Source of the DNA: Nannocystis bainbridge
Lineage (GTDB): Bacteria; Myxococcota_A; Polyangia; Nannocystales; Nannocystaceae
Assembly: GCF_028368995.1 (NCBI RefSeq)
Contig: NZ_JAQNDL010000003.1
Span: 2,368,001-2,432,000 of the forward strand
Reading direction: 5' to 3'
DNA length: 64,000 nucleotides
Below are positions 1 to 12,087 of the stretch, piece after piece; the first letter of the stretch is position 1, and each line of letters opens with the position of its first letter. Made by a program: the position numbers and the translations under genes. The notes under the pieces are model-generated. The model was not told the DNA's origin and made no database searches. It worked only from the letters and a program-made list of their open reading frames with translations.

Positions 1-2473
<2,473 letters not shown>

Positions 2474-2564
2474 GGATGAACGCCGTTCTGAGCGGCTTCT
2501 CGTCGGCTGCGCCATCCTCGCATGGTTTGCCCACCTTCGCCTACCGCATTACCCTCGCGGGTCG

Positions 2565-5075
2565 ATGCCCCGGATCCACACCGCGCTCACCCAGGGCGGC
2601 GATGAACTCGTCGTCTTCCTCCACGCCGTCGGCGGCGACCACAGCTCGTGGAGGCCCCAGGTCGAGGCTCTGCGGGCGCGCTACAGCACGCTGACCTTCG
2701 ACATGCGCGGCCACGCCCGCAGCTTCAGCGCCGACCGGCCCGAGATCTCGATCCAGAACTTCGCCGACGACGCCATCGACCTGGTCGAAGAGGCAGGTTT
2801 TTACCGCGCTCACTTCGTCGGCCTCTCGATGGGCGGGGTCGTGGCCCAGGAGATCTTCTCGCGCGCGCCGGAGCGGGTCCAGTCGCTGACGCTGGCCGCC
2901 ACGTGGTGTTTTCACCCCGAGGCAGAGGCTCGGCGAACGTGGATGGAGGACAAGCTCGGCCGCATGTCGATGGCCGAGAGCGCCGCCATGGACATGCCGA
3001 ACCTCTACGCCGCCGACGCCCCGCGCGCCCTCATCGACGCCGCGATCGCGGTCGAGGGCGGCAAGGACAAAGAGGTGTTCTTGCAGTCATGGCACGCGAT
3101 GATGCAGGTCGACTACCGCGAGCTGCTGCCGCGCATCGACGTGCCGGTGCTGCTGCTCGGCGGCAGCGACGACCGCATCACCCCCGTCGATCCGCTGCTG
3201 CTCGACCTCTTCGCCCGCATCCCGATGGCCGAGCTGCGGGTGCTCGCCGGCGGCGGCCACTTCTGCAACCTCGACCGCGCCGAGGCCTTCAACGCCGCCC
3301 TCGCGCCGTTCCTCCGCCGCGCCCGCGCCCGCGCCCCGCAGGCGCTGGCCCTGCCGCCCGCGTCGCCGGCCCCGAGCAGCGCCACCACCGTCGCCGAGGC
3401 CCTGCTCGAGCAGTTGCACCGCCGCGACGTCCCGTGCCTGTTCAGCAACTCGGGCACCGACTTCACGCCGATCATCGAGGCGCTGGCCCGCCCCGGCGCC
3501 GCGGCCCCGCGCATCGTCGCCGCCGCCCACGAGAACACCGCGATCGCCATGGCCCATGGCTATCAATTGCTCTCGGGACATGTCCCGGCGGTCATGGCCC
3601 ACGTCAATGTCGGCACCGCCAATTCGGGCCTCGGCCTGATCAACGCCCGGCGCGCGCGCGTGCCGATGCTGGTGATGGCCGGCCTCACGCCCTACACCGA
3701 TTCGCCCGCGGTCCCCGGCCACCGCACCAACTTCGTGCAATGGGGCCAGGACAGCTTCGACCAGGCCGCCTACTTCCGCGAGTTCACCAAGTGGGACTAC
3801 CGGCTCGCCACCGCCGAGCACCTCGAGGTCGCGGTCGACCGCGCCCTGGCGATCGCCGACAGCGACCCCGCCGGCCCGGTCTACCTCACCCTGCCGAAGG
3901 AGGTCCTGTGCGCGCCGGCCAGCAGCGCCCCGGTGACCCCGCGCCCGCGGCTGCGCGCCAACCCGCCGGCCCGGCCCGACGCGGTCGCCCTGGCGCGGGT
4001 CGCCCACGCGCTGCGCACCGCCAAGCGGCCGCTGATCCTCACCGCCGAGCTCGGGCGCTACCGCGGCGGGCCCGAGGCGCTGTGGCAGCTGGCGACCCGC
4101 CACGGCATCGGCGTGGTCGAATTCGGCAAGCGCAACTTCTTCAACCTGGCGACCGACTGCCCGGTCCACCTCGGCTTCGACCCGACCTCGCAGGTCCCGC
4201 AGGCCGACCTGATCCTCGCGGTCGAGGACCCGGTGCCGTTCATCCCCGCGTTCGTCGCCTTGCCCCACGGACAGGTGCCGCCGATCGTGCAGATCGGGGT
4301 CGACCCGCTGTTCGCCGACCTGCCGCTGCGCGGGTTCCCCAGCGACCTGGCGCTGCCCGGCGATCCGGCCGAGAGCCTGCGCCTGCTCACCCGCCTGCTC
4401 GACGCCGACCCCGCGCCCGACGTCGCCGCCCGCCGCGAGGCGCTGCGCATCGAGCACGGGGTCGCGTTCGCCAACGCCCGCGTGGCCGCCGACATCGACG
4501 CCCACCGGTCCGCGATCACCAAGCGCTGGCTGTCGCGCTGCATCGGCCAGGCGATCGACGACGAGGTCGTGATTTTTAATGAGTACCCGCTCGACCCGGT
4601 GCTGGTCCCGCGCCGGCTGCCCGACAGCTGGTTCGAGAACTCGATCGCCAGCGGCCTCGGCTGGGCCCTCGGCGCGGCCCTCGGCGGCAAGATGGCCCGT
4701 CCCGACCGCACGATCGTGGCCACCGTCGGCGACGGCAGCTTCCTCTTCAACACCCCCCTGTCGGCCCTGCACGCCGCCGCCGCGCATCGCCTGCCGATCG
4801 TGGTCGTGGTGTTCAACGACTGCGCCTGGAGCACCATCCGCAAGTCGACCCGCGGCGATTTCCCCGGCGGCCACGCGCAGGCGACCGACAACTTCGCGCT
4901 GTGCGACCTCGGGGCCGACCCCGCGTACGACCAGATCGCCAGCGCCTGCGGCGGGATCGGGGTGCGCGTCGAAAAGCCCGACGCGGTCCCGGAGTCGGTG
5001 CGCCGCGCCATCGAGCAGGTCCGCAGCGGCGACCGCCTGGTCCTGCTCGACGTCCGCTGCGAACGCGACGCCTGA
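2565..5075 (+). CDS. Fusion of an alpha/beta hydrolase (enol-lactonase-like) and a thiamine-diphosphate-dependent enzyme (acetolactate synthase/benzoylformate decarboxylase-like)
   Basis: N-terminal VFLH, DMRGH, GLSMGG nucleophile elbow and GGHF. C-terminal NSGTDF, HENTAIAMAHG, GPVYLTLPKE and the ThDP motif GDGSF...VVFND. Start taken at MPRIH. Confidence 0.88.
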   Translation: MPRIHTALTQGGDELVVFLHAVGGDHSSWRPQVEALRARYSTLTFDMRGHARSFSADRPEISIQNFADDAIDLVEEAGFYRAHFVGLSMGGVVAQEIFSRAPERVQSLTLAATWCFHPEAEARRTWMEDKLGRMSMAESAAMDMPNLYAADAPRALIDAAIAVEGGKDKEVFLQSWHAMMQVDYRELLPRIDVPVLLLGGSDDRITPVDPLLLDLFARIPMAELRVLAGGGHFCNLDRAEAFNAALAPFLRRARARAPQALALPPASPAPSSATTVAEALLEQLHRRDVPCLFSNSGTDFTPIIEALARPGAAAPRIVAAAHENTAIAMAHGYQLLSGHVPAVMAHVNVGTANSGLGLINARRARVPMLVMAGLTPYTDSPAVPGHRTNFVQWGQDSFDQAAYFREFTKWDYRLATAEHLEVAVDRALAIADSDPAGPVYLTLPKEVLCAPASSAPVTPRPRLRANPPARPDAVALARVAHALRTAKRPLILTAELGRYRGGPEALWQLATRHGIGVVEFGKRNFFNLATDCPVHLGFDPTSQVPQADLILAVEDPVPFIPAFVALPHGQVPPIVQIGVDPLFADLPLRGFPSDLALPGDPAESLRLLTRLLDADPAPDVAARREALRIEHGVAFANARVAADIDAHRSAITKRWLSRCIGQAIDDEVVIFNEYPLDPVLVPRRLPDSWFENSIASGLGWALGAALGGKMARPDRTIVATVGDGSFLFNTPLSALHAAAAHRLPIVVVVFNDCAWSTIRKSTRGDFPGGHAQATDNFALCDLGADPAYDQIASACGGIGVRVEKPDAVPESVRRAIEQVRSGDRLVLLDVRCERDA

Positions 5076-5369
5076 TTCTTGCCTCCACGACGAGCGGCCC
5101 GGACTGTCCTTCGGGACAGAACGCGCCGCGCCCGTGAGCAGGCCCGCTCCGTCCTGCTCGACGCCCCCGCGAACGCGACGCGTGATCTCCTAAAAGAAGC
5201 CTGAACCGTCTTCAGGGCGGAACGGGTTCACAGCGGCCCCGGGCGGTCCCACGGCCGCCGCACCGCCTCTGCAAGTCCGCTGCGAACACGACGCCTGAGT
5301 CTTGCTTCCACGACGAGCGGCCCGACTGTCCTTCGGGACAGGACGCGCCGCGCCCGCGAGCAGGCCGCC
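5052..5369. repeat. Imperfect ~95-bp direct repeat (about 5052-5147 and 5275-5369) duplicating the 3' end and stop of the upstream gene
   Basis: gtccgctgcgaac(g/a)cgacgcctga.tcttgc.tccacgacgagcggccc..actgtccttcgggacag..cgcgccgcgcccg.gagcaggcc occurs twice. Confidence 0.85.
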
Positions 5370-5711
5370 GGCCACGACGCTCCCGAACCGATCGCCCGAA
5401 CATCGGGAGCACAATTGGCGCGACCCCGCCAAATCGGCGAGGTCACGATTGCTTCGAGCCTGCAGCGGCGGGCAGCACCGCGAGCGCCATCACGGCCCCC
5501 GCACGCCCGACTCGGCAGCTATGTCGACTCCTTCGACCAGTGAAAGCCAGGGAAGGTCAATGTATGGCAATGTTCGGCGCCGGCCCTCGATACCGCGATC
5601 GATCATCCATCTCGCGCCACGCGTGCGCGGGAGGAACAGCCGGCTCTTCTTTACTCTCTTTTTAACAGGGGCTTTCTAAGCCAAGGGTGGGCGCGGATCT
5701 GCGCGCCCGGT

Positions 5712-5912
5712 TCAGCTGGCAGACACGACCGGCGCGGTCACGCGGCGCGGCCAGTCGATGCCGAGCTTGATGATGCGGCGCTTCATCGCGTGGCGCGTGA
5801 TCCCGAGCAGCTGGGCCGCCCCGACGATGTTGCCCGCGCGCTCGAGCGCGGTGGTGCAGAGGCGGCGCTCGGCGGCGCCCAGATTGAAGTCCTCAAGGAT
5901 GAGCTGTTGCAT
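5712..5912 (-). CDS. Small stand-alone Fis-type helix-turn-helix protein
   Basis: MQQLILEDFNLGAAERRLCTTALERAGNIVGAAQLLGITRHAMKRRIIKLGI matches the Fis/HTH_8 pattern (AE...I..AL...GN...AA.LLGI.R..L......GI). Confidence 0.75.
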   Translation of the reverse strand: MQQLILEDFNLGAAERRLCTTALERAGNIVGAAQLLGITRHAMKRRIIKLGIDWPRRVTAPVVSAS

Positions 5913-6755
5913 GCGAAGTCTTTTACGACACGAGCTTGTTCCAGCGCGGATCAACGCCGGTTGAATAAGCGCCGCGCACCGTCGTACGCCCGCCTGGTGC
6001 TGCTCCGCGCGCTTCTGCGCGCGCCTGCCCGCCGGCCTCGCCCCGCACCGGCGCCCACGGCCCATCGTCCGGGCATTGGGTGAGGTCGATGGATCGCCGC
6101 GTCCTCGCGAGTCGCGAAGATGCTCGATTCGATGCGCCGCCCCTCGCGGTGTCGCTGCGAACGATTGAGCCGTCATCGTCGCGCGGATTGGGATGGAGAC
6201 CGTGGCGGTCGCCGGTCCAATTCGCGCGAGGCCCTGGCGACCCGTCGAAACCGCGACGCCTGTCGCTGCGATTCGCGTCGTACACGGTAAGCGCGCCATA
6301 AGGTCTCGGCATTCGCCGACGGGTCCAAGCAGAGCGAGCTGTGCGCAGCGGCCTCGACCGCCCAGAGAGGGTTCAAAGAACGCCAACAAATCCGCGCCCG
6401 CCATTCCTCAACGGTCACGCTATTCGAAGATCGGGACTCGCCGACACCGATCTCATCCATAATATCGCGGCTGACTCGTCATGGCCGATTCGGCGTCTGC
6501 GATCGCCGAGAACAATGCACGAACGCCGTACTGTCCGCCTCCGACGGAATGCATCGCCGACGGCGATCGCGCGCATCTCTCGGACGGCGCATGAACCATC
6601 GTGCATGCGCTTGCGCGGGGTCCTTGCCTTATCGACGTTCACCATCGGATGACGCGAAAGCGAAAATCCGCCCACTCATTTTTAACTTCCATCGGTCAAC
6701 GCCCATGGTCTATAACCAAAACCTCTCGTCACAATCGGAATCGAAAGGGGCAGAC

Positions 6756-7859
<1,104 letters not shown>

Positions 7860-7880
7860 GCCCGGAGAGAGGGAGGCCGT

Positions 7881-8426
7881 ATGCTCGAAGCCGCTGTCGT
7901 GCTGGTGTTGTGCGCCTGGGGGATCGCCACGATCTTCTATCAGTTCAAGGCCACGTCCGACGCCGTCGCGCGCTGGAACTTCCTCTCGCTGATCCCGAAA
8001 TGGACGTTCTTCGCGCCCCGGCCGAAGACGACCGACTATCAGCTCCTCTATCAGGACCGCCGGCTCGGCGCCGATTCGATGGCCGAGCCGGTCGAGATCT
8101 CGCTGATGCCGAAGGGCCGGGTCGCGCCGGTGCTGCGGTTCCTGTGGAACCCGTGCAAGCGCAACACCAAGGCCATCAACGACATCACCGGCTTCATCAC
8201 CAACTACAAGGCGCGGCACCGGCGACGGATCGCCCGCAACGCGCTCGCGCTCGAGATGTACGTGCCGTACCTGGTGATGCTGAACTATGTGTCGTCGCGC
8301 GCGCGCGCGCCGACGGCGGATTGCCGGCGCCGGTTCATCGTCCGCAAATCGTTCGGCCACATCCGCCGCGATCCGCCGGTCCCGGTGCTCGAGTCGAACT
8401 TCCACCGCGTCGAGGCGCTGTCATGA
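7881..8426 (+). CDS. SdpA/DUF5819-like partner protein of an HTTM enzyme
   Basis: GGAGG RBS, N-terminal TM, PKWTFFAPRP motif (W-x-F-F-A-P-x-P). Coupled by an ATGA overlap to the HTTM gene. Confidence 0.65.
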   Translation: MLEAAVVLVLCAWGIATIFYQFKATSDAVARWNFLSLIPKWTFFAPRPKTTDYQLLYQDRRLGADSMAEPVEISLMPKGRVAPVLRFLWNPCKRNTKAINDITGFITNYKARHRRRIARNALALEMYVPYLVMLNYVSSRARAPTADCRRRFIVRKSFGHIRRDPPVPVLESNFHRVEALS

Positions 8427-9274
8427 GCGAATTCATGGAAGTGGCCACCGTCGCGCGGGTGAGCGGCCTCGTCGTCGGCGCCGGCATGGCGATCTCGACG
8501 CTCGAGTTCCTCGCCAACCTCCGCGAGTGCCGCAGCGACGGCCTGTTCTCGTGGGAGTTCTGGCGAGAGACGAAATGGCGGCGGCTGCCCGCGCTCAAGC
8601 GGCTCACGCACCCGCTGTTCGCCTACCCGGGCGTGCTGACGGTCCTGCTCGCGCGCCTCGGCCTGATCGCGCTGCTACTGGTCGAGCTGGCCCGCGGCGG
8701 CCCGCTCGACCCCGCGGTCCTGACGGCGCTGGTGGCGACCCAGCTCTACGTCAACTTCCGCTACCCGGTCGGCAAAGACGGCTCCGACCAGATGTCGACG
8801 ATCGTCCTGTTCATGCTGGCCGTCATCGCGTGGTTCCCGGACCGGCCGGTCATCACGGTCGCCTGCGTCGTCTTCATCGCCTTCCAGTCGCTGCTGTCGT
8901 ACCTCACCGCCGGCGTCGCCAAGCTGGTCTCGCCCGACTGGCGCTCGGGCGACATCATCCTCGGCGTCATCGCCACCGAGACCTACGGCAGCCGGTTCAT
9001 GGCCGGCCTGCTGCGCGACCACAAGCTGCTGCGCCGGACCATGAACCACTCGACGATCGTGTTCGAGTCGCTGATCGTGCTGGTGCTGGTGCTGCCGCCG
9101 CCGTGGAACGCCTACTTCCTCGTCATCCCGCTGATCTTCCACGCCGCGTGCGCGGCGATGATGGGGCTCAACATCTTCATCTTCGCGTTCGCGGCGACCT
9201 ACCCGGCGCTGCTGTTCGTGTCCAACCACCTGCACGAGATCGCGGCGATGCTCGGCCGCAGCGACTGCGGGTGA
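8423..9274 (+). CDS. SdpB-like / HTTM-family (vitamin K-dependent carboxylase-like) multi-pass membrane protein
   Basis: Several TM helices. Motifs KDGSDQM (SdpB-type DGxDQ), SYLTAGVAKLVSPDWRSG (HTTM Y..AG..KL...W..G), TIVFESL and FH......MGL..F. Confidence 0.75.
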   Translation: MSEFMEVATVARVSGLVVGAGMAISTLEFLANLRECRSDGLFSWEFWRETKWRRLPALKRLTHPLFAYPGVLTVLLARLGLIALLLVELARGGPLDPAVLTALVATQLYVNFRYPVGKDGSDQMSTIVLFMLAVIAWFPDRPVITVACVVFIAFQSLLSYLTAGVAKLVSPDWRSGDIILGVIATETYGSRFMAGLLRDHKLLRRTMNHSTIVFESLIVLVLVLPPPWNAYFLVIPLIFHAACAAMMGLNIFIFAFAATYPALLFVSNHLHEIAAMLGRSDCG

Positions 9275-9291
9275 GCGCCAGGAGCTCCGCC

Positions 9292-10344
9292 ATGAGTGTA
9301 TCCATCGCCGGCAACTACTTCACAAGCTGGGCGTACGACACCAGCGCGAGCGCCTATCAGCTGGGCCCGATCGTCGTCGTCGGCGCGAGCGGCCAGGTCA
9401 CCGTCGACGGCGTCGTCATCCAGGGCGCGACGCTGATGGGCGTGCAAGTGGCGTGGTCCGCCGCCTCCGGCAACCCTTCGAGCGCGATGCTCGTGTTCGC
9501 GGCCTCGTCGACGTTCGGGGCGATGACCTTCGTCGGCCTTTACTGGCCCGCGGATACCAGCCAGCCGACCGAGCCCAACTTCTACGGCTTCGCCACCCAG
9601 CCCGCGGCCGCTCTCTCGACCTGGAACGACACGTACTATTGCTACGAGGGCACCACGAGCCAGGGCGAACAGTCGGACGGCCAGCTCGTCATCGCCGCGC
9701 CGACCGTCACCTTCGCAGGCAAGACCATCAACAACCCGATCTACACCGGGCTGAATACCAACGGCAGCGACACCAACGAGCTGGCGTGGTTCACCGCCGA
9801 CGGCAACGAGAACAACGTCGCCATCTCGTTCTCGCCGTCGTCGACCTCCGGCGTGATGCTGTTCAACGGCAACGTCTGGGGCGCCGGCGAGTCCCGCCCC
9901 GAGGGCGCGGCGTCGGCGGTGAACAACTTCTACGGCACGACGCAGTCCGAGGCCGACGCCGACGCCATCGATCAGGCGGCCCAGCTGGCCCAGGCGGCCG
10001 AGCACATGGCCGTCAACTACGCGGTGCAGCAGGCCCTCCACGACGCGCCCGCCGAGCAGGCGGCCGAAGAAGAGGCGCAGGAGGACCAGGCCGCCGACGA
10101 CCAGGCCGCCGACGAAGAGGCCGCCGACGACGCCGCCGACGACGCCGCCGACGACGACGCCGCGGACGCCGTCGCGGACGCCGTCGTCGACACGCTCGAG
10201 GACGTCGCGGAGGTGCTCATCGCCGCCCTGCTGGCCGTCGAGGAGACCCCCGACGCCGACAAACCGGTCCGCACGCCGCGACGCTCGAAGCAGGCGACCG
10301 GCCTGAGCGCGAAGCAGCTCCTGCGCATGGCGAACAAGGCGTGA
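9292..10344 (+). CDS. Uncharacterised protein, paralog B of 6756-7859, with Asp/Glu/Ala-rich tail
   Basis: AGGAG RBS. Shares SIAG.YFTSW.YD, SAYQLGPI, ASGNPSSAML, NFYGFATQP, NPIYTGLN, DTNELAWFT.DGNENNVAISF and NNFYGTTQSE with paralog A. Confidence 0.85.
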   Translation: MSVSIAGNYFTSWAYDTSASAYQLGPIVVVGASGQVTVDGVVIQGATLMGVQVAWSAASGNPSSAMLVFAASSTFGAMTFVGLYWPADTSQPTEPNFYGFATQPAAALSTWNDTYYCYEGTTSQGEQSDGQLVIAAPTVTFAGKTINNPIYTGLNTNGSDTNELAWFTADGNENNVAISFSPSSTSGVMLFNGNVWGAGESRPEGAASAVNNFYGTTQSEADADAIDQAAQLAQAAEHMAVNYAVQQALHDAPAEQAAEEEAQEDQAADDQAADEEAADDAADDAADDDAADAVADAVVDTLEDVAEVLIAALLAVEETPDADKPVRTPRRSKQATGLSAKQLLRMANKA

Positions 10345-10654
10345 TTGCTTTTCACGAACGCCGCAACTCTAATAGTTGCAGTGCGGTGATTGGAGCGTGT
10401 GCACTTGTGCTTCGCGCTCGCCCACGATTGTCAGATCGCAGAAATGCCGACTGCAAGGCGACCTCCGACTCGCATCGATTCCCATGCGCAAAATGACTCG
10501 CCGCCCTCGGCAGGCACGGCATCGCGATCATTCATAGACGAGCATCGAGCCCCCAGCGACCGCCGGGCGCTCGGCATCTCGCTTCTGTTTCTAACCAGAG
10601 GAACCGAGGGACATGTACCTTCGTGCATGTCCTTCTTTTTTCTTAAAAAAAACG

Positions 10655-11866
10655 TCAACCTGGCTCGCGCGGCAGCGTCAGCGTGAACGTCGAGCCGCGG
10701 CCGGGTTCGCTGTCGGCGACGATGTCGCCGCCCATCAGGCGGGCGTAGCGGCGGCTGATCGCCAGGCCCAGGCCGGAGCCGCGCAGCTCGGCCTCGTGGT
10801 CGCCGTGGACCTGGGAGAAGTCGCGGAACAGCAGCGCCAGCTTGTCCGTGGGGATGCCGATGCCGGTGTCTCGCACCCTGACCGCCAGCGTGCCCTCGCC
10901 GGCCTCGATCGTGACATCGACCCCGCCGCGCTCGGTGAAGCGGATCGCGTTGGCGACCAGGTTGTAGACGATCTGGCGCACGCGGGTCGGATCGGCCACG
11001 ATCGGCGCCGGGCCGCGGGCGACCTTCAGCGTCAGCGAGCGGCCGCGCAGCAGCGGGCGCACGGTCGCCTCGACGTCGGCCAGCAGCTCGCCGACATCGA
11101 ACGGGCGCGGGCGCAGGCGCGGCTGGTCGAGCTCGAGCTGGGCGAATCCGAGGATGTCTTCGACGACCTCGAGCAGGTGCGTGCCGGCGCGGTGGATCGC
11201 CCGCAGGTCGTCGCCGCCGGCCGCTGGTGCGCCGGCGGGGCCCTCGAGCAGGAGCTCGCTGAGGCCGAGGATCCCGCCGAGCGGGGTGCGCAGCTCGTGG
11301 CCCATCGTGGCCAGGAACACGTCCTTGGCGCGCACCCCGGCGAGCGCCTGGTCGCGCGCGTGGGCCAGGTCGACCAGCTTGCGCCGCAGCTCGAGCTGCG
11401 CGATCACCTGCCGGCCGAGCACCGCCAGGCCCTGGCGCTGCACCGGATCGAGGCTGCGCGGCACCCGGTCGATCACGCACAGCGTGCCGAGCGGGAACCC
11501 GTCGGCGTTGACCAGCGGCGCCCCGGCGTAGAAGCGGATGTTCGGCTGCGACGCCACCAGCGGGTTGTCGGCGAAGCGCGGGTCGCAGCTCGCGTCTTCG
11601 ACCTCGAACACCCCGCGCTGCAAGATCGCGTGCGAGCAGAACGCGATGTCGCGCGGCGTCTCGGGCGCGTCGAGCCCCACCCGCGCCTTGAACCACTGCC
11701 GCCCCGCGTCGACCAGGCTCACCAGCGCGATCGGGGTGCCGCACAGCTCCGAGGCGAACCGCGTCAGCTCGTCGAAGTCGACCTCGGGCGCGCTGTCGAG
11801 GACCGCGTAGCTGCGCAGCGCCGCCAGTCGCTCGAGTTCGTCCTGCGGGAGCGGTGCGACCTTCAT
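10655..11866 (-). CDS. GAF-domain sensor histidine kinase
   Basis: ERLAALRSYAVLDS...FCSHAI...NIRFYAGAPL (GAF), MGHELRTPL (H-box), NLVANAIRFT, DTGIGI and GSGLGLAIS (HATPase). Confidence 0.95.
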   Translation of the reverse strand: MKVAPLPQDELERLAALRSYAVLDSAPEVDFDELTRFASELCGTPIALVSLVDAGRQWFKARVGLDAPETPRDIAFCSHAILQRGVFEVEDASCDPRFADNPLVASQPNIRFYAGAPLVNADGFPLGTLCVIDRVPRSLDPVQRQGLAVLGRQVIAQLELRRKLVDLAHARDQALAGVRAKDVFLATMGHELRTPLGGILGLSELLLEGPAGAPAAGGDDLRAIHRAGTHLLEVVEDILGFAQLELDQPRLRPRPFDVGELLADVEATVRPLLRGRSLTLKVARGPAPIVADPTRVRQIVYNLVANAIRFTERGGVDVTIEAGEGTLAVRVRDTGIGIPTDKLALLFRDFSQVHGDHEAELRGSGLGLAISRRYARLMGGDIVADSEPGRGSTFTLTLPREPG

Positions 11867-12087
11867 GCATCTCAGCGTAGGCGAGCCCCCAGGGCCGCAG
11901 CAACACCGGGCCCGCGGCCTCGCGTCGCGCCGTCTGCGCCTGCGCTTCGGGGCGCACCGGAGCTGACCCTTGGGACATCTGATTTCGGCGCGCGCGCGGA
12001 CAGCCGTCCGAGCTGTCCCATGAGACATGTCCCCCGAGCGTTCACGGACACGCGTCCGAACATGTCTCTGAGGACATGTTCGAACGG

